Part shown: positions 33,280-43,948 of the stretch, one piece after another
Numbering within the stretch: the first letter of the stretch is position 1
Layout: every line of letters begins with the position of its first letter
Assembly (NCBI GenBank): GCA_036867785.1
Contig: CP145415.1
Span: 124,001 to 188,000 of the forward strand
Source: Plasmodiophora brassicae
Taxonomy: Eukaryota
Reading direction: 5' to 3'
Length of the DNA: 64,000 nt
Program-made: the position numbers and the translations under genes
Notes under the pieces: generated by a model
The model's input: the letters and a program-made list of their open reading frames with translations, nothing else
Database searches by the model: none
What the model was told of the DNA's origin: nothing

Positions 33280-36200
33280 CTATGCACCGATATCGTCATC
33301 GACGTTGATCTCACCAGACTCCATGTCCGACTCGCCGTCATTGTTCGCGTCGCCATCGTCATCCGGGCCCGCTTCCATATCAGCACCGGCGTCCTCGCTT
33401 TCCTCCGTCAGGGCGGCCTGTTGCTCGTCCATCGCCAGCCCCAACTCTTCCTCAATGGCTTCCGCTACCGACGGATGCTCTTCAGGAGCAGGTGCTTCTT
33501 CGACTTCCTCCTCTATCCTCGGGCGAACGCGCCGGAGCCGACGACGCCGTCTCTCTTGACGCGGTTCGTCGGCAATTCCTCCCTCTTCTTCAACGACATG
33601 AGCAGGTTGGGATGATGCGTGCTGTTCTGGGACAACGTCCTCGACAACCATTGGCTCCTCGGTGCGGGGCTTCTTGGCATGGATCTCTTCGCCGCCAGGT
33701 TCAGCACGTCCAGGGGACGCTGACCGCTTGCGAGTGAGCGCCTCCTCGGGTTGAGGTGCCGCTTGCTCTTGTGGCGGTTCCTGCTGCTCTTGCTGAGGTG
33801 GGTGGTCTTTCTGTTGTGCAGCTGCCGCTGCAGCAGCGGTTGCCGTCAATGCGGAGATCTGCTCCAGCAATTCGGACTCGGAACGTTGGCGTTCCTGTGC
33901 AGGAACACGGCAATTAGTCTCACACTGAGTGCACCGAACCAGACGACGCACCTGCTGCATGTTATCGATGTCGCGTTTCAGATCAGCAATAGCACCGTCG
34001 GCAGTGGACAGCTTCTCTTCAAGTTCGCCAATCTAGATAGGAAGGTGACCCATTAAGTCTGGTACGGTAATATGAAAACGCAACGGCCAAACCTGCTGGT
34101 TGGCTGTGTCCAGGCGGGCTAGGGTATCGGCATTGATACGATCGTTTGCCGACCCGCGTGCCTCGAGAGCAGCCCGGAAACGGGAACACAGATCGCGCAG
34201 CGCCTTAATCGTTCGTGCCGACGCCTCATTCTTGCTAGCAACGGCCTCAGGATCCGGACGCATGGACAGCTCCTTTTTCAGCTGGTTCACGGTCTGCAGG
34301 TTGAACAGGGCAGATTTCTGACGAACACGGTTACGGGTGACGCAGCCTGGACAGCAAACATGACGTACGCGCAGGTTTTCGAGACCAGCTTGTCCCTGGC
34401 TTGCTTTCGCAAGTTGCGCCTCAAGGTCGGCGACTTTCGATTCATACTCGGCCACTTTGGACTCCAGCTCAGACTTCGCCGCCTGCAGCGATTCCAAAGT
34501 ACTGTTGGCCTCGTTGAGCTGGTTCTGAAGTTCGCGATGTACTTCGGGATCAACTTGGTCGTAACGCGAGAGAAGCGCAGCATTGCGATCCTTCCAGCGC
34601 TGGACGTCTGCCTGAATGGCCGCCTTTTCGGCTTCAAGTCGAACAATTGTCGATTGCATATCGGTAATGCGAGCCTCGTACGGCTCGGCAGCAACTTCAA
34701 GTTCCCGCACGCGATCCTCCAACTACAGCCAATTCGGTTACAAACTGACGCCGCACCGCTGGCCGCAAACGAACCTGCTGGCATCTCTGCATGAGCTCGA
34801 CCTTTTGCGACCGAAGCATCTGGTTGCTTTCGAGGAGCACAGCGTCAGGCGTCGACGGCACTGCTTGCTGCGGAATATCGCGTTGGCTGTGCTGCTCTTG
34901 AAGTTTGCCGAGAGCCTCGCGCGCTTCCTGAAGTGCCTGACGAAGCTGCTGTGCCTCGGTCTGCAGCCGCAACGTCTGGCGTTGCGCCGCTTCAGCCTCG
35001 CCACAGGCCATCTCTTTCTCGGAGCGCAAATGCGACACGATTTCGCGAAGGCGATCTGTGGCACCCCCGTATAAGCGGTCGGAGTCCCCAGCTGTTTACA
35101 AAGACCTTACCAGTCTCTCCAGTCGGCGATGAAGTGGCAGAGCCGTCGACACGACGTCCGCTTTCGATTTGAGCCAGCAGCAGGTCGTTCTGTCTGGTCA
35201 GAGAATCGACTGCTTGTCGAGCCTGCGCGCGTTTTGGGACATTACAAAGTATAGAAAAGCACACACCAATTTACCTCGGCAATCTGAGCATTGAGCTCAT
35301 TGATCCGCGTGGTGAACTGTTCCTGAATTGACGCGAGAGCGGCGGTCGCGTCCTGTTCATTCGAGCGGGCAACGGCCAATTCGGATTCCAAAAAGGCAAT
35401 TTGGGAGCGAAGCTGGTCGAGAGACGAAACGGCTTGCGCGTGAAGGGTCAGTTCTTCTTCATACCTGCAAGCAGGCTTAACGAACGATTTACGAACAGCA
35501 CAAGGGCGTGATAAACCTCTTCAGGTATCGCTGTGCCTCACGATCCTTTTCATCGGCGATTCTCTGTGCGGTTTCGAACTTTTGTTCTGCTTGCACCGCA
35601 CGTTGCTCCGCCGCTTCCACGCGAGACGACGATTCACGTGAGGCAGATTCGGACATGGATTCAGACTGATTGAAACGTCAGCCGCGCAGGCTACCGTGAC
35701 ACGAAGCAGTCCAGTACCTGAGTGACGCGATCCATAAGCCGTTCAATCTCACGGTCAGCCTCGGAGATCTGCTGCATCAAGGTCTCGTTCCTCGTTTCCA
35801 ACGCGCGAATAGTGTCAGACGACTTCTGCCTAAACGCTTGCATCGACGCATTCAATTCGTTCAAGGTGGCTTGTCGCTGGGACGCCAGTGCTTTCCATTC
35901 CGATGCTTCGGTGGTTTTTGCTTCCAGTGATTCGCGCAGGGAATCCGTTTCAGTCTGAGAACCGGATTACTGCAAGTCGCATATGGCGACAGTGCCGATT
36001 CAGACCTTCGCATGAGCAAGCTCAATCATGAGCTGTCGGGAAGCACGCTGAGACTGGTCATGACCATGACCAGCTGCAAGGACATCCCGTTCATTCGTAA
36101 CGGCCCGCAACTTCTCAACAAGGTCGGCGTGCGCCTGTTCAGCAACCGCTGCGGCGGAGGCCAAACGTGACAGCTCGCTCTGCGCCTCATCCCGTGCCCT

Positions 36201-39200
36201 TTCCGCATCCTCCAGCGCGCGTTTAAGCGATTCTCGCTCCTCTTCCCGGACCTACAATATCGTCAGAGGACGCAACTGAAGAATGAACAACCAACGTCAA
36301 ACCTTAATATCTTGCTCGTGGGTTCGACGTTCTAGCGCGACCTGTTTCTGAATATGGAGGAAGTCCTTGTAGATGCGCTCTTTCTCAGCCGTAAGTTCTG
36401 CCACTACGGAGGACGAGTCCTCGCTCAAACTGAACTGGAGTCTCAGACTCATGTCGAAACGCATGCGTCAGATAGAACGCCGAATACCGTTGCTGAACCG
36501 CTTGCAGGGTCTCAAGAAGCTGATCGTTCCGCGCTCGGATTATGGCCATGTCACCGCACTGTTGCGACAGTCGGACTTCGGCCTGCTGCGATAGCTCTAA
36601 CTGTGCTCGAACCTGGGTACACCAAGTCAATATATCGTTATCCTGATTGAATACAAGATCGAACCTGAGCTAACTGATTCTGTGCACGCGAGTAACGCTG
36701 CACCGATTCGGATAGTTCGGCATTCAATGAAGCAACCCTCTCTTGACAGGATGAAAGCAGTGCATCTTTTTGGGAGTCTGCGGCCCTAAGCATTCGCATG
36801 ATCAGTACTGGAATAAACCCTGAAAGGACAACTGGACCAACCGCAACCGACTAGCCTCGTCCGCGCTTCTCTCCGCCTGTCTCGTAGCCCAGTCGAGTTT
36901 CTGCTGCAGTATGTCAGCCTGACCCTTTGCGGCAGCCAGCTCGATGGCAATGGCACGTTGGGCATCTCGCGCAGCATCAACATCGGCTTGCAGCTGCCGC
37001 TCGCTGGCCCTCTTCTCGGACTGTAACATTTCGACCTGCTGCCGCAATGACGATACCGTAATCTCTAGCTCAGCAGACCTGGTTGCAGTAAGTTGGCACT
37101 CGTGAACAATACGTATCCGTCTCCACCATACTAACCCTTCAGCGACTGGAAATGACAGCGCGGGAGCAACATCAGATTCCACACGGCGGGCCTCTATCAC
37201 TTGAATATGCGTCTCGAGCTTGGCGAGTTGTAAATCTCTATCCTTAAGGTCTTTCTCAAGTTGCCGAACGATAGATTTCCATTGCATGACCTCCTCAATG
37301 CTACTTGTCGGGCCTACCATCTAAATCAGAATGCGACCTGACGGTGCGCTTCTCACACCGACCATTGCCATCAGCAATCTGAAGCGCAGTCTCAGGCGAG
37401 GCAATTCGATACGTGTCAGGAATCAATCCCTGAATCTTGAACTGCTCAACATCATATCAATAACATGGGCATAGAAATTATCGCTCGGACAAACCTGCTC
37501 AACGAAACGGTTCAAATCATCTTGTATAAGCTGCCGCCGCCTAAATTCTTCCTGGGTATTCCTGACGGCAGCGTGAAGCTTTCGCTCGAGCAAATCTCGC
37601 TGGTGGTTGCACTCTTGTACCCTGAGTGCAAGCGTGTGGTTCGTTTTTAGAAGACTTTCGTAGTCTGCGCGCTGTTCCTGCAGAATCGGCATCTGCTCGT
37701 TAATCTAAAGAAGCGGAAATCAGATGAACCACCAATGATAGACCTGACCGCCTATGCGAACCTCATCCTGAATCTGTTGCAGGTATAGCTCCAGCTTGCG
37801 GGATTTCGCACGTTCCGCCAGCAGAGCGTCACTGCACAGCATCAAGCGCGACATGACATCTTCGATGTTCAGACCGTTCGCTGCCTCGGCAACGATACGA
37901 GCGTCGGCTGCAAACAAGCACGTTATAGGTCAACCGTACACAAGAATATCAGAATCATACGCGCAGTAATCTGCAGGAAGGGAGCCGCATCCCGTTTAAG
38001 GTCTTCAAGCTCAAGTTTGACTGCTCCGAGCTCGGCAGAGGTTGCTTCAGCGTTCGCGATGGATTCGTCCAGTTGCTTGCGCAGCGATGTGGCAAGGTCC
38101 GACAAAGATGTGTTGTCGGCCTTGGCGGATCCCAGAGCAGCTTCCAGTTCCGAAACCTTTTGGAATCAGCCACTCGTTACCGGAAACGCTTTGTTTTCGC
38201 TCCAATGCGACGTACCTGCGCCTTCGCATCGTTCATGCTGCGCTTGTACATGGCAGACAGACGTTTTTCAGCATCAAGTTCGCCTGGTTTCGCAGATCAA
38301 CAGCCGATTTGGAAGCGCGTGACCAGGGAACATACCCTGGTATTCGCTCATGATCCTTGCGTTCGCTGATCTCTCCTCCTGCAGGGCGAGCTGCGCCTCC
38401 GTCAGACGCTGCTGAACATCGACAAGCTCCTTGGCGGTTGCCTCATATCTGATAAACTTGCTATAACGACAGGTGCACACACACGAATACCCAACGCTGA
38501 CGCACCTTGCCTCCCATTCAGCCCGTTGCGACTTCAGGGCTTCGATCTCCCCCGTCAGCGCCCCGATCTCGTTACCGTGATTGCGCTGTACAGACAGCAA
38601 TTGTTCCGCCCGGACTGTAACCTCGGCCATTAACGCCGCGTTCTGTTTCTCGAGCAGTTCTTTCGCTTGCTGCGCTTCAGCTGTTCCAGTGCATGTTAAA
38701 CAACCGCGGAGAACGGCAACGATCACAGCATACAGAGCTGAATCTGCAGCGGTTTGAGCTGCGCTTCCTTTGCAACCAGCGCCCGTTCCGTATCACTGAT
38801 CTGTACGCATGCGGACACAGCCCGGTCAGCACGAATTTGCAAACCACAACGTTAACAGACCTGTTTCGCCATCAGCACGACCCTGTTGGAATACCGTTCC
38901 AGTTCGCTGCGCGCGCGATCCATCTCCTGGTCCATAATGGCCTGGCTTTCGGCCAGGACGTTACGATTGCGCGCGTCCGCGTCCAGGCGCGCCTGCAATT
39001 CGTCGGCGGTGGCGCGCGCCGCACGTAGCTCTGCCGAGATCGTCTCGACGGCAGACTTTGACGCTGCCAGTTCGCCGGTCTGGCGGTCGAGCTGCGACCG
39101 AACGGTTGACAGTTCAGCAACGACCGAGGCATGCAGGTTCACGGCCGCCTCCTTCTCACGCTCGCACTGGTGCAGCAATTGCTCTGTGCCCATCGCGGTC

Positions 39201-39333
39201 AGTACCCGCGTCCCGCCCGACACCGGCGTCGCCCGCCCATACGGTAGTTGACGCGGTCGGACTCCATCTCGGCAACCAGCGCGTCATAGCGCTCCCGCGC
39301 GACGAACGCCTCGTCGTCGTCGTTCCCGGCCAT
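33280..39333 (-). CDS. TPR: Nuclear-basket coiled-coil nucleoporin TPR/Mlp1/NUA (many exons)
   Basis: Very long coiled coil with TPR/Mlp-type segments: LYLQQIQDE..PILQEQRADYE, SSIEEVMQWKSIVRQL, AQRY..YEEELTLHAQAV, ISHLRSEKEMA and RWKDRNAALLSRYDQVDPE. Acidic C-terminal tail. Confidence 0.8.
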
Positions 39334-39686
39334 GGGGCGGCGCGCGCGCAGTCCGACGTTGCCCAAACCCCGACGCAATGCCAAATGACGGCACGGCAGT
39401 CGGCGCAGGCCGCACTGGGTCAACCTCAGCGCGCCCGACCGCTGCAATTTTCGCGCCGAAACTGCAGACGCGTAACGCGACACGCGACACGATACGTTTG
39501 CGGCAGCAGCTTGCGAGTCGTGCTGTCGTTTGACGCCTCCAAAAACAGGCCCGGGCGATCGTCCGTAGCCCGTCGTTAATTCGACGGCGCGTTCCGGTCG
39601 GTTCAGACTCTGTGACACGCAGTTGGATAAACAGGGGTCCCGTCCCAAACGTCGCCAATCGTTTGAACTTGTCGTCGCGTGTGGCG

Positions 39687-40340
39687 ATGGAGCCGCTGCG
39701 TTCGGCCAGGGACGCGAGGGTCGGTAGCAACCTGAACCTGCTGAAGCAGAAGCTGAAGCAGAAAGAGGTGCCGCGGACGGCGCGTGGCGAACCGAAGCCG
39801 CTACCGCCGCGGCGTCCAGTGGCCGTCCCAACCGAGGAGCACCGCGACCTGGTCCTCGAGGAATGCGGCGTCTGTGGGCGGAAGTTCGCAACCGAGAATC
39901 TGCCGCGACACGTCTCGATTTGCAGGAAAGCGTCTAACAAGACCAGGAAGGTGTTCGACCCGACCGCCATGCGAACGCAGGGCACCGAATTCGCACAGTT
40001 CGTGAAAGCGGCGGCGAAGAAGAAACCGGGCGACACCAACAACAACAACAACATCCTGAAACCGAAGAAGTGGAAGATCCAGTCTGAGAACCTTCGTTCT
40101 GCCATGCAATCCGCTCGTGCCTCGCGACCCGGTTCGTCACTGGAGATTCAGCAGGCGCCCTCGCAGCCGACTGTTGACCCGTCGCTGATTGCCTGCCCGC
40201 ATTGCCAGCGCCGGTTCAATCAGGCGGCCGCTGATCGACATATTCCCAAGTGCAGCACGATCGTCAACAGACCAAAGACACTTCAGCGAGGCGCAGGACG
40301 CGGCGCACACCAGCGTGCCACTGCACCCGGCTCCAAATGA
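39687..40340 (+). CDS. ZC2HC1/FAM164-like protein with two C2HC zinc fingers
   Basis: Fingers CGVCGRKFATENLPRHVSIC and CPHCQRRFNQAAADRHIPKC, with linker motifs RKVFD..MRTQGTE and KWKIQSENLRSAM. Confidence 0.8.
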   Translation: MEPLRSARDARVGSNLNLLKQKLKQKEVPRTARGEPKPLPPRRPVAVPTEEHRDLVLEECGVCGRKFATENLPRHVSICRKASNKTRKVFDPTAMRTQGTEFAQFVKAAAKKKPGDTNNNNNILKPKKWKIQSENLRSAMQSARASRPGSSLEIQQAPSQPTVDPSLIACPHCQRRFNQAAADRHIPKCSTIVNRPKTLQRGAGRGAHQRATAPGSK

Positions 40341-40461
40341 CAGAGCCCTATAAACATTTGTCAACTTCAGCAGTGGAGGCTAGTCGAGTGCGGGAAGACC
40401 CATAGGACGTGGTGCCCGGCATGGTGCTATTTGTAGGGCTGGCGGTCGGCGGCGGACCTTC

Positions 40462-40683
40462 AAGATCATACTTGTACAGGATCACTTCTATAGTGAATTC
40501 CCCTGTCTTGTCATTCCCAAAAATGACAGATCAACCGACCTGGACGATGATACACAGGCGCGCTCGCTGAGCGTGAGGCAGGGACTCGGGTGCGCTCATT
40601 CGTATCGCACCCGGGCTCCCACGATGACCGTACTGCTTGCTCTCATTCCGGCTCGCAGTTGCGTGCGCGCCATTCTGACAGGC
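40462..40683 (+). ncRNA. U3: U3 snoRNA, copy 1
   Basis: 5' end AAGATCATACTTGTACAGGATCACTTCTATAG contains boxes A' and A. Box C' GACGATGA, box B GAGCGTGA, box C CGATGA and box D CTGA follow in order, with a terminal CCTG/CAGG stem. Length about 220 nt. Confidence 0.88.
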
Positions 40684-40787
40684 CTCCCTCATGGAAACAA
40701 AACGAAACGACTCAGGCAGCGGTGCAGGATCCAGCAACCCGCTAGCTCGAGCAACCGCTGACATAGCGTGTCCTAGCCTCATGGCAT

Positions 40788-40859
40788 GAGTAGAATTCGA
40801 AACGAAGTTCGTTCCGCGGCAGAGAGTAGAATTCGAAACGAAGCTCGTACCGCGGCAGA
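40788..40859 (+). repeat. 36-bp tandem duplication (2 copies, 2 mismatches)
   Basis: gagtagaattcgaaacgaag(t/c)tcgt(t/a)ccgcggcaga occurs twice back to back. Confidence 0.85.
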
Positions 40860-40953
40860 CGGGTCGCCGTTTCTTTGGACGAAAGGATTTACGTGCCGTT
40901 GCAGTGTTGTGACTGGTGACAATTATAGTGCACGCATGCGTCGGGGATACCTC

Positions 40954-43017
40954 ATGAAGACGACGTCGTCGTTGCTGGCCGTGTGCAGTCTCCTCGTCGC
41001 GGGGCCGGCAGCCAGCATGGTCGTCGACCCACAGACGCAATTTGCAGAGGCGCAAGCGCACGTCGTGAACGGCCGCTTCTCGGATGCGATCGCAATTCTG
41101 CGCCCGATGTACGAAATGTATCCTGTCGACCAAATCCTCGAGGTCTACAAGGGAGCACTGGTCAGGTCCGGCGCCACCGACGAAGCCGTCAATCTCCTGG
41201 AACTGGCGCTCAGCAAGCACCCTTCTCGTCAGGTTGCTCTGATGTGGTGCGAAGAGCAGGCGAACTCTCTTCTGCGACAATCGCGTCAGGTCAACACCAA
41301 GGGCGCGCGCGCCATTCACGATGCCGTCGCCACGTTTCTGTCGCCCCGTTTACGATCCAGACTGGGGGACATTTGCGACAAATCGTTGCACGAAGACCCG
41401 GACGACCTGCATGCCGTCTGGATCGTCGGATACCTGAAGATGATGCTGGGCGACCTGGACGAAGCCAGGAGGCTGCTGTCCCGCCTGCGCGATGAACAGC
41501 CACCCGACTGGGCGAACCACGAGAACGTCAACCAGGCCCTGTCACAAGTTCTCAAGGTGTTGTACTACGCGAGATTCTTCAAGGCGTCCACCTGTGATGA
41601 ATCGTACAACATTGCGAAGCAGCTGACCGGGATCGAACGGTCGGCGACTGCCATGAACCTGTACCATAACGCGTTATCATTCACGAAGCAGTTCCATCCA
41701 GAGACGACCGACACCTACCTGGAACAGCTCAGGCGAACATTCGCCGAGCACTCCGATAACGACCTGCCGGCGCTGGTCACCTGGGCGGAAGCGCTGGCGG
41801 TCGGTGAAATCTCCTCTGATCCCTTACCGAACCCGACAGCGGGCGATCTGTTTCGCGTTCCTGAAATGGTTGTTTACCCGGACAATGTCGGCCAACGGCC
41901 ATCGAATTCTCGCGCCGTTCAACTGGAATGGGGAGACTGGGTCCCATTCGTGTTTGAGGACAAACGACACACCCTAATCCGCCTCAAGGTTCCAGTTTAC
42001 GCGTGGGGCTTGCCAATCAGCCTGCAGTCGGAGCGGTTCGTCTACCTGTCCATGCCGTGGGGGTTCGCCGCCGGGAATTACCGTCCGATGCCCCGGACGG
42101 TCCCAGTGCGGACGATAACGCAGCCATGTCTTATAATCTCGCCGAATAGCAAGAACAACATCTACCATCAGCTGGTCGAATGCGTGGGCATCCTGGCTGT
42201 AGCCCTGCGCGACATCGTCCCCAGGCACCCGGACCTACATATCATGCTGCCTGACAGGCCATTCTTCAGGCAATTGCAGGAACTGGTCAACTTGCGCCCT
42301 CCTGTTGTCTGGGACGATGCCACCAACCATGGTCGAGTTCTTCTGGAGCGCGCCATGTACGTGGATTTCCAGCTCGTCGACGATCTGGCGCAGGATGAAG
42401 AGGACCAACATGGTCTGGACGCCATGTGGGCCAGACGAGACTATTTCAACAAGTACCGCCCTTCCTTAGCATCAATCCGGTGGGCAAGAGACCTGGTGAT
42501 GTCATCATCGCCCGAGGACGGTTCGTCGTGTACACCGCGTGTCGTGTATGTGTCCCGGGAGGGAACAGCACGGTCGTTGACAAACGTTCAAGAACGGAGC
42601 CTCATCCAGAGGGTAAAACAGCGTGTCGGCGGCGACTGCTTCGATGTCTTTCGGGTGAAGTCTGGCGATGCGTCGCCGACGTTGCTGGACCACATCAATA
42701 TGTTCCGGTCAGCTGATATCATTGTCGGAGCTCATGGTGCGGGCTTGGCGAACATGATGTGGGTCAGGCCTGGGGCGTCGTTGATCTACTGGCCGATCAA
42801 GCCCATGGTGGACGTGAATCATATCGCGCTTGCCGCCGCCCTTAACATATCCGTCCATGTGATCGAACCATTGCACGCCTACATCTGGGACACGTTCCAC
42901 CTTGACGCCAGCGAATTCGACCGGTGTGCCGGCCTCGTCGTTCAAGCCATCGATCGCATCCTGACTCGAATGCGAAAGCCACCGTGCACATGCTCCGTTG
43001 AACACGATGATTTATGA
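40954..43017 (+). CDS. Intronless secretory-pathway TPR + glycosyltransferase family 61 (DUF563) protein
   Basis: Signal peptide MKTTSSLLAVCSLLVAGPAAS and TPR-like helices. GT61 motifs NIYHQLVE, VVYVSRE..RSLTN and FRSADIIVGAHGAGLANMMW..GASLI. Confidence 0.8.
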   Translation: MKTTSSLLAVCSLLVAGPAASMVVDPQTQFAEAQAHVVNGRFSDAIAILRPMYEMYPVDQILEVYKGALVRSGATDEAVNLLELALSKHPSRQVALMWCEEQANSLLRQSRQVNTKGARAIHDAVATFLSPRLRSRLGDICDKSLHEDPDDLHAVWIVGYLKMMLGDLDEARRLLSRLRDEQPPDWANHENVNQALSQVLKVLYYARFFKASTCDESYNIAKQLTGIERSATAMNLYHNALSFTKQFHPETTDTYLEQLRRTFAEHSDNDLPALVTWAEALAVGEISSDPLPNPTAGDLFRVPEMVVYPDNVGQRPSNSRAVQLEWGDWVPFVFEDKRHTLIRLKVPVYAWGLPISLQSERFVYLSMPWGFAAGNYRPMPRTVPVRTITQPCLIISPNSKNNIYHQLVECVGILAVALRDIVPRHPDLHIMLPDRPFFRQLQELVNLRPPVVWDDATNHGRVLLERAMYVDFQLVDDLAQDEEDQHGLDAMWARRDYFNKYRPSLASIRWARDLVMSSSPEDGSSCTPRVVYVSREGTARSLTNVQERSLIQRVKQRVGGDCFDVFRVKSGDASPTLLDHINMFRSADIIVGAHGAGLANMMWVRPGASLIYWPIKPMVDVNHIALAAALNISVHVIEPLHAYIWDTFHLDASEFDRCAGLVVQAIDRILTRMRKPPCTCSVEHDDL

Positions 43018-43097
43018 AGTACAGTGGCCTATTAATATACCCACCCTATCGGATGACGGCCTACAATCGATCAGTGCATCTGACTTCGTATAGAGGA

Positions 43098-43133
43098 AAC
43101 ATCATGCATCGCTGATCAGCGATGCATGATGTT
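43098..43133. repeat. Perfect 36-bp palindrome
   Basis: AACATCATGCATCGCTGA|TCAGCGATGCATGATGTT, with no spacer. Confidence 0.9.
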
Positions 43134-43364
43134 GTCCTTTGCTCATTCCAAATTTGAAACAGCACCGTAGGCAACGTTCCTTAATTTGGTACCACTGTTG
43201 ACCGAATGACTCTTCTGGGGATCAAGTGGTTGCATCTTGTCAGGAACAGCAGCGGACGACAATTATTACCCGCCCAGGTCTAAATTCGGACCCTGGAAGG
43301 ACCCATTGGACGTGGTGCCCGGCATGGTGCTATTTGTAGGGCTGGCGGTCGGCGGCGGACCTTC

Positions 43365-43586
43365 AAGATCATACTTGTACAGGATCACTTCTATAGTGAA
43401 TTCCCCTGTCTTGTCATTCCCAAAAATGACAGATCAACCGACCTGGACGATGATACACAGGCGCGCTCGCTGAGCGTGAGGCAGGGACCCGGGTGCGCTC
43501 ATTCGTATCGCACCCGGGCTCCCACGATGACCGTACTGCTTGCTCTCATTCCGGCTCGCAGTTGCGTGCGCGCCATTCTGACAGGC
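43365..43586 (+). ncRNA. U3: U3 snoRNA, copy 2
   Basis: Same boxes as copy 1. The single internal difference (C vs T) changes a U.G wobble to a C-G pair in the hairpin after box B. Confidence 0.88.
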
Positions 43587-43648
43587 CCGTCTTTCCCTTT
43601 TCTCGAACAAACAAATCGAAAGCGCCGAGGTGATGTCTTCGTTGTATA

Positions 43649-43831
43649 TTACGCGATCCGATCGGAGGTCGTTGCCCCCGTCCCCATCTTGTTCAGTCGT
43701 CGCGCAGCTTCGTGCCGGACCCAGCGCCGATGGTTCCGCCTGCAATGCTGCGCCTGCCAGGCCAGCGTCGCCGCCAGCGCTACGAAGAAGAGGACGATGA
43801 ACACGTCGAGCAACGTGGACGCGTCCACCAT
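43649..43831 (-). CDS. Putative small single-TM protein (about 60 aa)
   Basis: MVDASTLLDVFIVLFFVALAATLAWQ followed by a basic tail, with GC3-rich codons. I recognise no homology. Confidence 0.35.
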   Translation of the reverse strand: MVDASTLLDVFIVLFFVALAATLAWQAQHCRRNHRRWVRHEAARRLNKMGTGATTSDRIA

Positions 43832-43948
43832 GACGAACGCGCGCCGGCCCCGTCCGTCGCAAATTGTTACTCCGCTTTTAGTTTGGCGCGAAGCAAACCT
43901 GGCCAAGCGCTTAATAACGCGGCGTTTTTAATTAAGGGTTGCCCATGG

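Larger units (their letters stand above)
40397..43587 (+). repeat. Pair of 288-bp direct repeats (40397-40684 and 43300-43587), each a U3 gene plus about 65 bp of upstream sequence
   Basis: The offset is exactly 2903 bp. I see only two substitutions (40404/43307 and 40586/43489). Confidence 0.92.

Noticed and set aside
40788-40859. 36-bp repeats as a CRISPR array
   Set aside because: There are only two adjacent copies with no spacer, no cas genes, and the context is eukaryotic.
43237-43473. 78-aa plus-strand ORF and other ORFs overlapping the direct repeats
   Set aside because: They overlap the U3 RNA and its promoter, lack coding-like codon bias, and have no recognisable domain.
40397-43587. 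288-bp direct repeats as LTRs of a retroelement or ends of a composite transposon
   Set aside because: I see no TG...CA termini, primer-binding site, polypurine tract, target-site duplication, or gag/pol/transposase. The repeats are fully explained as U3 snoRNA genes plus promoter.
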